A DNA stretch of 64,000 bases from Bryobacterales bacterium (lineage in GTDB: Bacteria; Acidobacteriota; Terriglobia; Bryobacterales; UBA6623): the NCBI GenBank assembly GCA_963422375.2, contig OY729428.2, positions 2,688,001 to 2,752,000 on the forward strand. The letters are read 5' to 3'. Shown in pieces: positions 50,375 to 64,000 of this stretch; within the stretch, counting starts at the first letter, position 1, and every line of letters begins with the position of its first letter. The position numbers were made by a program, and so were the translations under genes. Under the pieces are notes generated by a model. That model was not told the origin of the DNA, made no database searches, and worked only from the letters and a program-made list of their open reading frames with translations.

Positions 50375-51060
50375 TGCCCGTGAAAAACTCGTATCCCCTT
50401 GACAAAAAAGGCATTAGGTCCAATCTCTCAAGGCGAAGATTTCGCTGGAATGCTACGATTAATCCGAAATCCTGGCGATTCTGGGTAGAGCGCGGAAATC
50501 TTCGCGATTGGCGTCTGAGCAACTTCCGACCTTGGACACTATATGTTGTGTTTGGAGATCCATCCGACCTTAGGATGTAGTATGAAATGCTGATCGGGCC
50601 AGGATTCAGGGGTTTTGTCACAAGCACTAGCTACGGATATGGCAGCGTGGACATCGACAGCCGTTCCATCCGGATTCGGCAATGGAGCAACCTTGGCGGA
50701 AATCTAACGGACGATATTGTAGTGATATCTCGGAGTCTCTCATAGCTATGACGGTGTCCAATCAACCAGACTGGCTTCGCAGATTTAGTTAATCATTCTC
50801 TTTCGAGAGAAGACCATTGGGCAATGCAAATTATGCTGGATCAATTCGATCTCTTGGAGTTCCTTACCAAGATAGAACTCGATACTGGCTAGTCTCGGCA
50901 AGAGAGGCCTTGGTTTCTGCCTGATATGTCGCGAGGCTTCGGGCGCTCCGAAACCTGTCAGACTGATCTGGATTGCTAGAAAGGAGCTCCATTCTCGATC
51001 AGAATCAGGCGAAAACAGTAATTGGATGGCTGGCGCAATAGCCCGCAGAACGGCAACCTC
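50375..51060. other. AT-rich decayed segment, product unidentified
   Basis: Abrupt composition drop; a long plus-strand frame broken by several stops. Confidence 0.4.
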
Positions 51061-51164
51061 TTGCCACTCCGGTCTGGGCAGAGACGCGAGCCATTATAGC
51101 TTGATCTAGCGGGCGGCAAGCGTGGAATCCACGCTTGCCTCTGAGTCGCGCACTAGGCAGGGCG

Positions 51165-52463
51165 CTACAGTTCGAGCTTCCAAGGCGGTCGGTATTCGCG
51201 CCTCAAGTACGTCTGCGCTTCCTTGTTGCTGGTAGTCTCGGTGACTGGATCCCAGTCAACCCGCTGGCGACTCCTCATCGACACGTTGCCCAGCAGGGCC
51301 ATGGCCGTCGAACGGTGCCCGATCTCGATATCGCAGATCGGCTTGGAACGGTTGCGGACAGCCGCGACGAAGTCGCGCCAATGGTCGTCGGTCGTTGGGT
51401 TGCGCGCCCGGCCGCGGGCACCTTCCATGCGGCTTTCGACCCGCGGCTCCGGCTCGCGGAACCTCCGCTGCTCGGGCGTGATCTCCCAGAAGCCGCGATT
51501 GACGTAGAGGGTCCCTTCCGTGCCGTGAAACAAGATGCCGTAGCCCGGCAGGCCGCCCGTATAGGCGTTCGCAACACGGTTCTCGTAGGTGCAGACGAAC
51601 GTCGGGAATTCGTAGCTCGCCAGGATCGTGTCGGGCGTTTCCCTGTTGTCGATCAGAGCGTACTTCCCGCCGTACGTCGAAACCGAGCGCGGACCGTCCT
51701 CGGCCATGGCCCACAGCACGATATCGAGCAGGTGAATGCCCCAGTCCGTCATCATGCCTCCGGCATAGTCCCAGAACCACCGGAAGTGGGCGTACTTGTA
51801 CGGATTCACGCCGAAGCGGTTCTTGTTGAAGGTCCGCTCCGGCGCGGGTCCGAGCCACATCTCCCAGTCAAGGTCGGAGGGCGGGTCAGTGTCCGGAGGC
51901 ACGCCGATCCCTTCCGGGAACTCGTTCGCGTAGTTCCAGGTCCGTACGAAGCTGATCGTGCCGAGGCTGCCGCCCTGGACGATATCCCTAGCTTCCTGAA
52001 AGTGGAGTCCCGAACGCTGCTGCGTGCCCACCTGGACGACGCGGTCGTACTTGCGAGCCGCCTTGACCATCATCTGGCCTTCGTGAACGGTGACGGAGAT
52101 CGGCTTCTCCACGTACACGTCCTTGCCCGCCTTGCAGGCCTCGACCGTCATGTACGCGTGCCAGTGGTCCGGCGTAGCGACCAGCACGGCGTCGATGTCG
52201 TCGGCGGCGATCAGCTCGCGGAAGTCCGGATACACCTTCGCGTCCGGCACCATCTGGAGCGTCTGCTCGAGATTCGGCTTGTAGACCTCGCTCAGCGCAA
52301 CGACTTGGATGTCGTCCTCGAGCTTGAGGACCGAGCGCAGGTTGTTGCGACCGCGACGGCCGCAGCCGATCACCCCCAGTCGAATCCTGTCGCCGTGGTT
52401 GTCAGCGCGGGCAGTGGCGGCCGCGACAGTGGCCGAGGCCGCGATGAAGGCTCTGCGTTCCAT
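51165..52463 (-). CDS. Gfo/Idh/MocA oxidoreductase with Tat signal
   Basis: MERRAFI, GVIGCGRRG, ATPDHWH, YVEKP, QVGTQQRS, DWGIHLLD. Confidence 0.9.
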   Translation of the reverse strand: MERRAFIAASATVAAATARADNHGDRIRLGVIGCGRRGRNNLRSVLKLEDDIQVVALSEVYKPNLEQTLQMVPDAKVYPDFRELIAADDIDAVLVATPDHWHAYMTVEACKAGKDVYVEKPISVTVHEGQMMVKAARKYDRVVQVGTQQRSGLHFQEARDIVQGGSLGTISFVRTWNYANEFPEGIGVPPDTDPPSDLDWEMWLGPAPERTFNKNRFGVNPYKYAHFRWFWDYAGGMMTDWGIHLLDIVLWAMAEDGPRSVSTYGGKYALIDNRETPDTILASYEFPTFVCTYENRVANAYTGGLPGYGILFHGTEGTLYVNRGFWEITPEQRRFREPEPRVESRMEGARGRARNPTTDDHWRDFVAAVRNRSKPICDIEIGHRSTAMALLGNVSMRSRQRVDWDPVTETTSNKEAQTYLRREYRPPWKLEL

Positions 52464-52646
52464 TGAGATTCCTCGCTGCCGCCACCTCGCGAACATGGCA
52501 ACGCGCATCAGCGAGCCTGCCGCTAGGGGAAAGGCCGCCTCTGCGGTCGCGTCGCGCTACCCGCCGACGGACAACAGCGTAGGCCTATGGTAACAACGCC
52601 TCCGGCACGCGCCCTCGCTACCGGGTCCCGGGGGCGACGGTTCCGC

Positions 52647-52883
52647 TCACTCGTCGGCTACCGGAATTTCGCGCGAGTCCTCGAGTTCGTCGAGCAGCCG
52701 CACCACGAGCGCTTTCTGGCCGTAGTCGAATTCGTCCTGCGCAGGATCGGGATCGTGGATCGCGATCCAGGCCTTCAGCAACTCCGTCACCGGATCGGCG
52801 ATCGCCGCCTCCGCTCCCGGCTCGAAGCGCACGGGAATCTCGGCATTGCGGATCGCCTCGAGCAGCAGTTCGGAGAACTTCAC
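52647..52883 (-). CDS. Small acidic hypothetical protein (78 aa)
   Basis: 10 nt downstream of mtnA on the same strand; protein-like composition. Confidence 0.65.
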   Translation of the reverse strand: MKFSELLLEAIRNAEIPVRFEPGAEAAIADPVTELLKAWIAIHDPDPAQDEFDYGQKALVVRLLDELEDSREIPVADE

Positions 52884-52893
52884 CTTGCGCCCC

Positions 52894-53940
52894 TCACCGG
52901 GGCGTCGCGGTCCCGACCAAGGCCTTCAGGGCGGGGACGTACGGGGCGCGCGCCAGTCCGTTCTCCGTGATGATGGCAGCGACGTAGCGGCTGGGTGTCA
53001 CGTCGAAGGCCGGATTGCAGGCGTCCGTCTCAAGAGGGGCGATCTGGTGGCCGCGGATCCGCGTGACCTCCTCGGGCGACCTCTCCTCGATCGGAATCTC
53101 ATCGCCCGAGGCGAGGCTCAAGTCCACGGTCGAGGTCGGGGCGGCGACGTAGAACGGCACTCCGTTCTCCTGCGCCAGCACGGCAAGAGAGTAGGTGCCG
53201 ATCTTGTTCGCGACATCGCCGTTCGCGGCGATCCGGTCCGCGCCGACGACAATCGCTTGCACGCGGCCGCGCTGCATCAGGTGACCGGCCATGCTGTCCG
53301 TCAGGAGCGTAACCGGGATGTCGTCCTGCTGCAGTTCCCACACCGTGAGGCGCGACCCCTGCATGAACGGCCTGGTCTCGTTCGCCAGCACGCGCAGCGG
53401 GTTGCCGCTCTCGACGGCCGCACGAATTACGCCTAGGGCCGTGCCGTAGCCTCCGGTCGCGAGGGCCCCGGCATTGCAGTGCGTCATGACGGTCCCGCCG
53501 CTCGGCAGCAGCGCCGCTCCGTGCCGCCCCAGCGACCGGTTGCTCTCGATGTCCTCCCGCAACACCCGCTCGGACTCGTCCACCAGCGCGCGCCGGATAT
53601 CGTCAAGCGCGGAGCCCCGCTCCCGCAGGCGGCGGTACAGCCCCCGCATCCGCTCGATGGCCCAGAAGAGATTGACCGCCGTCGGCCGCGTCGCGGCCAG
53701 CACGTCGCAGACCTCCTCGAACCGGGCGTCAATATCGTCGTCGGAAGCCTTGAGCGCGCCGATGGCGACTCCCATCGCAGCAGCGCAGCCGATCGCGGGG
53801 GCGCCGCGAATCACCATCGTCCGGATCGCGTCCGCGACCTCGCGGTAGTCGCGGCAGATGACGTAGGACTCCTCGGCCGGAAGCTTGGTTTGGTCGACCA
53901 TGACGACTGTATCGTCGGTCCATCGAATCGTGTCTACCAT
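52894..53940 (-). CDS. mtnA: S-methyl-5-thioribose-1-phosphate isomerase
   Basis: [61 protein letters not shown]. Confidence 0.93.
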   Translation of the reverse strand: MVDTIRWTDDTVVMVDQTKLPAEESYVICRDYREVADAIRTMVIRGAPAIGCAAAMGVAIGALKASDDDIDARFEEVCDVLAATRPTAVNLFWAIERMRGLYRRLRERGSALDDIRRALVDESERVLREDIESNRSLGRHGAALLPSGGTVMTHCNAGALATGGYGTALGVIRAAVESGNPLRVLANETRPFMQGSRLTVWELQQDDIPVTLLTDSMAGHLMQRGRVQAIVVGADRIAANGDVANKIGTYSLAVLAQENGVPFYVAAPTSTVDLSLASGDEIPIEERSPEEVTRIRGHQIAPLETDACNPAFDVTPSRYVAAIITENGLARAPYVPALKALVGTATPR

Positions 53941-54010
53941 TGGGGAAAACGGCGGCGGGCCCGCGCCGGGCCGCAGGTCCGAGAATCCAAGTCTAGCCCA
54001 GGCCCCTCTG

Positions 54011-54753
54011 TCACGAATTGCCGACGAGGAACAGCAGCGCGTTGTACGAGGCATGCACGACGAAGCTGGCCTTGGTCGATCCGCTCGTGATTCGAATCGC
54101 GCCGAGGGCAAGGCCCGCGCCCGTCAGGATGACGAGCAGCTGCCACTGCCAGGCGTACTGGGTGCCGTGGAGCGTCGCAAACAGCAGGCTGGTCGCTACC
54201 AAGGCGGGCCAGTCCCCGTGCGCCCGCTCGAGCGCGCCAAAGAGAAAGCCGCGAAAGACGACCTCTTCGATGACCGGAGCGAACACGACTCCGAACAGCA
54301 CGAGCGCCCACAGCCCCGCGCGATTCTCGAGGAGTTCCTGCATCGGATTCCGCTGGTCCGGCGCGCCGAGGACGAGGCCAGCCAGGAGCGAGCCAAGGGC
54401 CAGCAGGACGCCGGTCCGCAGGTAGCTAAGAAGCGGGCGCGGGAGGGCGGTCCATGCCAGTCCCGACCGCAGGCTCATCCCGTACCCGCGCCTGACGACG
54501 AGCCCGATGTACGCCAGCGGAGGCAGCCAGCCGACGATTTGGACCGGCACTGCCACTCTGGGCTCGGTGCGCAGCAACGAGACGAACGCGTCCGGTGTCG
54601 CGAAACCCGCCGATTCCGCGACCGCGATCGCAAGCAGCGGCGTCAGCAGCTGAGACACCGCGAGACAGGCGAGCAGCAGCAGGATCTCGCGGTATCCCCA
54701 GAGACGGGCGCGCGGAACGGGCTGCTGGTCGTCGACCGACTGCGCGTTTTCGC

Positions 54754-54757
<4 letters not shown>
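54011..54757 (-). CDS. CPBP/Abi family intramembrane metalloprotease
   Basis: [25 protein letters not shown] overlap with uvrA. Confidence 0.88.
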
Positions 54758-57555
<2,798 letters not shown>

Positions 57556-57569
57556 AGGCGGTGCGACAG

Positions 57570-59420
<1,851 letters not shown>

Positions 59421-59507
59421 TCGGGGGGTTCGTCCCTAGCATTCTATCGCGGCCGTCGGAATCCTACGCGCGCGAACGCGGCCCCGCCCGCGCTATATGC
59501 TGGTTCC

Positions 59508-60923
59508 ATGATCCGACGCCTGTCTTGCCTCGCGCTGCTGCTGGCCCCGCTCGCGGCGGCAGCGCACTGGCCGCAGTTTCGGGGCCCGGACGGCACCGGC
59601 ATCGCGGAAGGCAGCGAGCTGCCGGTCCGCTTCGGCGAAGCGAACCTGCTCTGGAAGCGCGAGGTCCCTCAAGGGCACTCCTCGCCCGTCATCGCGGGCG
59701 ATCGGATTTTCCTGACGGCCTACGAGGAGGAGCGTCTGCTGGTGCTCGCGATGGAGCGCGATACCGGCGAGGTGCTGTGGATCCGCGAGGCGCCGCGGCC
59801 GCGCCGGGAGCACTTCCAGCGAACGCACGGCCCGGCGTCGCCTTCCCCCGTGACGGACGGCGAGAGCGTCTACGTGTTCTTCGGCGATTTCGGCGCTCTC
59901 TCGTTCGATTTCGCCGGCAACGAGCGGTGGCGGCGTCCGATGGGCCCGTTCATCAACCAGAACGGTCACGGTTCGTCGCCGATCCTAGCGGACGGGAAGC
60001 TGCTGGTCGTCTGTGACCAGCAGGTGGGCTCGTACCTGATCGCCCTGGACAAGGACACCGGCCGGACCGCCTGGAAGACGGACCGCCCGATGACCACCAG
60101 GGGCTACGGCACGGCGGGCATCTTCCGCCCGGCGGGCGGCAGGCCGCAAGTGGTAGTGCCCGGCGCCTACCGCGTGTCGGCCTACGATTTGGAGACCGGC
60201 AAGGAGCTGTGGTGGGTCGACGGATTCGCCTGGCAGCTGAAGTGCGTGCCGCTGTTCGACGGCGACACCGTCTACATCAACGGCTGGGAGATCGGGGGCG
60301 ACCCGGGCCAGCAGCAGGAGACGGATTCGTTCGAGGACGTGCTAGCCTCGCACGACGGCGACGGGGACGGGCTCCTGTCCCAGGACGAAGTCCCCTACGA
60401 GCGCCTCAAGGCGGACCGGCCTTGGTCCGAAGCGGACCTCGGGGGCGACGGGAAGCTTGACGAGCGCGACTGGTACTTCTACGCCGCGCGACGCGCGCCG
60501 GTCAACAACCTGGTCGCCATCCGTCCGGGCTCCATGCGCGGCGACATCACGAAGAGAGGCGTGCTGTGGCGCTACACCAAGTCCCTGCCGAACACGTCCT
60601 CCCCCCTGCTCTATCGGGGCACGCTCTACCTGGTCAAGGACGGCGGGATCTTCAGCAGCGTCGACCCCGCCAAGGGGGTCTCGCGCCGCGTGGACCGGCT
60701 GCGCGACGCCATCGACAAGTACTGGGCGTCGCCCGTAGCGGGGGACGGGAAGATCTACACGGTCAGCCAGAGCTGCGCTATCAGCGCCATCCGGCCCGGA
60801 GCGGAATGGAGCGTCCTAGCCACGAGCTCGCTGGACGGCACGTGCTTCGGGACGCCGGCCATTGCCGACGGCAAGATCTACATCCGGTCCCTGCAAGCCA
60901 TGTACAGCTTCGGCCCGGAATGA
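59508..60923 (+). CDS. PQQ-like (BamB-like) beta-propeller protein with an inserted EF-hand-like pair
   Basis: Signal peptide, WPQFRGP, HSSPV, ASPV repeats; DGDGDGLLSQDE and DLGGDGKLDERD. Confidence 0.85.
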   Translation: MIRRLSCLALLLAPLAAAAHWPQFRGPDGTGIAEGSELPVRFGEANLLWKREVPQGHSSPVIAGDRIFLTAYEEERLLVLAMERDTGEVLWIREAPRPRREHFQRTHGPASPSPVTDGESVYVFFGDFGALSFDFAGNERWRRPMGPFINQNGHGSSPILADGKLLVVCDQQVGSYLIALDKDTGRTAWKTDRPMTTRGYGTAGIFRPAGGRPQVVVPGAYRVSAYDLETGKELWWVDGFAWQLKCVPLFDGDTVYINGWEIGGDPGQQQETDSFEDVLASHDGDGDGLLSQDEVPYERLKADRPWSEADLGGDGKLDERDWYFYAARRAPVNNLVAIRPGSMRGDITKRGVLWRYTKSLPNTSSPLLYRGTLYLVKDGGIFSSVDPAKGVSRRVDRLRDAIDKYWASPVAGDGKIYTVSQSCAISAIRPGAEWSVLATSSLDGTCFGTPAIADGKIYIRSLQAMYSFGPE

Positions 60924-61906
60924 TCCTCGCCCTGGCGGCCCGGCCGTGCCAGGGTCTCGGGGCGCTGGTGACGCTGGCGGCGGCCTTGGCGCTTCCGGCG
61001 AGCGCGCACGTGCTCAGCGTGAGCCAAGGCAGCCTGCGTCTCGACGGCGACGTAGTCCGGTACGAGCTGCGCATGCCGCTCTCCGAGGTCCCGGACGGGC
61101 CCGACCGCGAGCGAGATCTGCTGGAGGCGTTCCGCGTGCGGTCCGGCGGCGAGGAAGGCGCGCGGGGCGCGGCGGCCTGCCGCGAGGAGCGCGGCCAACA
61201 GGTCTACGTCTGCGAGGCGAGCTTCGAGTTCTCCCAAGCCCCCGCCAGCGTGGAGGTCCGCTGCGAATTCCCGTACGTCACGGTGCCGCACCACGTCCAC
61301 GTCCTGCGCTCCGGCGAGGGCGAGGTCGCGCGCCAGACGGTCTTCGACATCACGTCCGTCGAAGCCGAGGTTCGCTTCGCGCCGCCTACCTGGCGGGAAA
61401 CCGTCACCACGGAATTCGGGGCCGGCCTCCGCAAGGCGGTAACCAGCCCCGAACTGCTCCTTTTCATGATCGCCCTGGCCTTCGCCGGACGGACCCGGCG
61501 GGAACTCGCCGGCTGCGTCGGCGCCTTCCTGCTGGCACAGGCTGCCGCGGCGCTGGCGGGCAGCGCGCTGGGATGGAGGCCCGCCGCGGGGTTTCTCGAA
61601 GCGGCGGCGGCCTTGACCGTGGCGTACGTCGCTGCCGAGATTCTATTCCTCCCGGAAGCTGGCAGGCGGTGGCTCGTCTGCGCCGCAATGGGCTGCTTCC
61701 ACGGTCTGTTCCTAGCCGCGTTTCTCGAAACGGCCCGCATGAGCCCGTCGTACTTCCTGCCCGGGGCGCTGGGGGCCGAATCGGTGCTCGCGCTCGGGGC
61801 CGGCGCTTTCCGCCTGTCCACGGTCGGCCGCCGGGCTGAGCGACTGGGCGCTCTGCTGCTGCTCGTGACCGGACTCGGATGGTTCGCGTTGCGGATGATC
61901 GGATAG
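60920..61906 (+). CDS. HupE/UreJ-like membrane protein
   Basis: ASA-H after the signal peptide; periplasmic domain; LEAAAALTVAYVAAE, FHGL; ATGA overlap with the upstream gene. Confidence 0.7.
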   Translation: MILALAARPCQGLGALVTLAAALALPASAHVLSVSQGSLRLDGDVVRYELRMPLSEVPDGPDRERDLLEAFRVRSGGEEGARGAAACREERGQQVYVCEASFEFSQAPASVEVRCEFPYVTVPHHVHVLRSGEGEVARQTVFDITSVEAEVRFAPPTWRETVTTEFGAGLRKAVTSPELLLFMIALAFAGRTRRELAGCVGAFLLAQAAAALAGSALGWRPAAGFLEAAAALTVAYVAAEILFLPEAGRRWLVCAAMGCFHGLFLAAFLETARMSPSYFLPGALGAESVLALGAGAFRLSTVGRRAERLGALLLLVTGLGWFALRMIG

Positions 61907-62012
61907 CGGGCACCGTCTCCGAGAGCAGGTCTCTCCGCCCGCTAGCCGGTCGAGGTCCTAGCCGAGGCGCGCCGCGCAGAAACCGATAGCGCCCTAGGAA
62001 GCCGCGGGCGGC

Positions 62013-62375
62013 TTACTGCGCTCGCTTTCCTGTCATGGTCATGCTGTACTGGCCCCAGGTGCCCTTGCCCTTGAGCTCGTCGTCCGTCAAGGTCGCTTCG
62101 ACCTTGAGAGTGGAAGCGTAGCCGGCCTCCGCCGCGTAGAACTGTCCCTCGAGCACAATCCGGGCACCTTCGAGCGTCCCCTTGAGGACCTGCCCATCCG
62201 AGTCGACGGTCAGGTTCTTGCCCTCTTGCGAGATGGTCCATTCGGTGTGTCGGATGCCGCCCTCGGTGTCCCAAACCAGCTGCCACTTGCCGGAGATGTC
62301 GGCCGCGGCGGCGAGCGGAACCAGCGCCGAGCCGAGCGCCAAGGACAGGACCCATCCGAGCAATTGCGTGCGCAT
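62013..62375 (-). CDS. Small secreted beta-barrel-like hypothetical protein (120 aa)
   Basis: Signal peptide ..LAAAA-DISGKWQLVWDT..LKGKGTWG. Confidence 0.7.
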   Translation of the reverse strand: MRTQLLGWVLSLALGSALVPLAAAADISGKWQLVWDTEGGIRHTEWTISQEGKNLTVDSDGQVLKGTLEGARIVLEGQFYAAEAGYASTLKVEATLTDDELKGKGTWGQYSMTMTGKRAQ

Positions 62376-62407
62376 GGTCCAATCACCATAGCACGGGACG
62401 AGCCGCT

Positions 62408-62836
62408 CCTGGCCTTCGACGGAGGGTCCCGGCGGGAATTCGCCGACTGCATCGGCGCCTGCCGGCCGGCCCAGGCCGCCGCGGCGCTGGCGGGCAGCGC
62501 GCTCGGATGGAGTTCCGCCGCGCGAATTCTCGAAGCGGCGGCGGCCTCGACCGTCGCGTAGCGTCGCTTCCGGAATTCTCTTCCTCCCGGAGGCAGGCGG
62601 CGGCTCGTCTGCGCCGCGATGGCTGCTTCGACGGACTGTTCCTAGCCGCCTTCCTCGAGACGGCCCGCATGAGCCCGTCGTACCGCCTGCCCGGGGCGCA
62701 AGGGGCCGAAGCGGCGCTCGAGCTCGGGGCAGGCACCTTCCGCCTGTCCTCGGTCGGCGGGCGCACGGAGGGACTGGGCGCCCCGTTGCCGCTCGTGACC
62801 GGGCTCGGTTGGTTCGCGCTGCGGACAGTCGGCTAG
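62408..62836 (+). pseudogene. Decayed duplicate of the 3' part of the HupE/UreJ-like gene
   Basis: GCFDGLFLAAFLETARMSPSY..LVTGLGWFALRTVG*; indels; no 5' part. Confidence 0.85.
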
Positions 62837-62942
62837 CGGGCACCGTCTCCGAGAGCAGATCCCTCCGGACGCGGGCCGGTCGCGGCTCCGGCCGGCCGGC
62901 GCCGCGCAGGAACGGATAGCGCTCCTGGACGCCGCGAGCGGG

Positions 62943-63301
62943 TTACTGCGCCCGCTTTGCCGTCACGGTCGTGCTGTACCGGGCCCAAGTGCCCTTGCCC
63001 TCGAGCTCGCCGTCCGCAAAGGTCGCTTCGAACCTGATGGTGAAAGAGTAGCCGCCGCCGAGCGAAACTGTCCCTCGAGCACAATCCGGGCGCCTTCAAG
63101 CGTCCCCTTGAGGACCTGCCCGTCCGCATCGACCGTCAGATTCTTGCCGTCTTGCGCGATGGTCCACTCGGTCTGTAGGATGCCGCGAGGGGTATCCCAA
63201 GTCAGCTGCCACTTGCCGGAGACGTCAGCCGCACCGGCCAGCGGAACCAGCGCCAAGCCGAACGCCAAGGGAAGAACCTGTCCGAGAAAGTGCCTGAGCA
63301 T
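62943..63301 (-). pseudogene. Second copy of the small secreted protein, 4-nt deletion frameshift near 63060
   Basis: Collinear to EGQF; the remaining GYSFTIRFEAT..GKGTW..KRAQ* is in another frame. Confidence 0.8.
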
Positions 63302-63388
63302 GGTCCGACTACGGTAACTTGCGACAAGCCGAGCCGGGATCCGCCTAAGGGCCGCGCTGCCGTCGGCGGGAGTCTCGGGCGGCTCGAG

Positions 63389-64000
63389 CTAATCCGAGAA
63401 GGCCAGACCGTCGCCCGTGTCCCCGTACTGCTGCCGCAGCTCCACGATGCGCGCTTTGAGCTGGGTGATCCGATCCCGGTAGGCCGGATCGGCGTAGAGG
63501 TTGCGCACCTCGAGCGGGTCCTGCTCGAGGTCGTAAAGCTCCCAGAAAGGGTCGCGCACGTTGGGTCGGGCACCGTTGACCAAGGTCCTCCCGTCCGGCC
63601 CGATGTCGCTGTCGTAGAAGTAGATCAGCTTGTAGCGCTCGGTCCGCACGCCCAGATGGCCCGGAATGTTGAAGTGACCGCGGTTCATCCAGTAGCGGTA
63701 GTAGACCGCGTCCCTCCAGTCCGCCGGCGGCGAGCCCTTGGCAACTGCCAGGAAGCTTCGGCCCTGCATGTCGGGAGGCACGGCGTGACCCGCCGCGTCG
63801 AGGAGCGTCGGGGCGAAGTCTAGGTTCTGGACGAGCTTGGCGCTGACGGTGCCCGCCGGCACCTGCGCGGGCCACCGCAGAAGCAGCGGTATCCGGAAGG
63901 CGGGCTCGTACATGAAGCGCTTGTCGTAGAGCCCGTGCTCGCCTAGGAAGAAGCCCTGGTCCGAGGTGTAGACCACCAGGGTGTCGCGGGCCAGGCCCTG
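63389..64000 (-). CDS. Sulfatase, C-terminal part (DUF4976 region); runs off the window
   Basis: VYTSDQGFFLGEHGLYDKRFMYE, NLDFAPT, QGRSF, GVRTERYKLI, WELYDL. Confidence 0.88.
   Translation of the reverse strand, partial: QGLARDTLVVYTSDQGFFLGEHGLYDKRFMYEPAFRIPLLLRWPAQVPAGTVSAKLVQNLDFAPTLLDAAGHAVPPDMQGRSFLAVAKGSPPADWRDAVYYRYWMNRGHFNIPGHLGVRTERYKLIYFYDSDIGPDGRTLVNGARPNVRDPFWELYDLEQDPLEVRNLYADPAYRDRITQLKARIVELRQQYGDTGDGLAFSD

Larger units (their letters stand above)
61474..63316. repeat. Diverged tandem duplication, period about 930 bp (61474-62390 / 62408-63316)
   Basis: Matched landmarks: stop codons 61906/62836 and 62013/62943, start codons 62375/63301. Confidence 0.9.

Noticed and set aside
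2243..52463. GMC + Gfo/Idh/MocA + TIM-barrel isomerase as a 3-keto-glycoside degradation cluster
   Set aside because: The right families are present but scattered over 50 kb in different units, and these families are typically highly expanded in this kind of genome.

Overview
GC-rich (about 70% in intact genes) bacterial chromosome segment. Gene content suggests Acidobacteriota (Bryobacterales-like), possibly host/sponge-associated; this is inferred from the Acidobacteria-type TonB receptor, sulfatases, GMC and Gfo/Idh/MocA oxidoreductases, Sel1 and Uma2 proteins. Core genes: mutS, trxA, valS, a waaA(kdtA)-lpxK fusion, fumC, mtnA, uvrA, xdhC/mocA-like and yhdT-panF-like genes. These sit among many secreted or carbohydrate-related genes and many decayed elements: two IS remnants, a Fic fragment, a DNA-methyltransferase relic, an AAA+DUF4276 pair, kinase and TonB fragments, and a 0.93-kb tandem duplication. 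I found no rRNA, tRNA, CRISPR array, prophage or reverse transcriptase, and no single clear-cut novel multi-gene system. The best leads are (1) two intact exported proteins, a sulfatase and a clan-A glycosidase-like protein, whose catalytic residues are specifically replaced; (2) AT-rich valleys whose gradients run into intact genes; (3) a recurrent TAnnnT box 6-9 nt upstream of start codons, suggesting widespread leaderless mRNAs; (4) the WaaA-LpxK fusion. All family calls come from motif recognition by eye; no database search was run.
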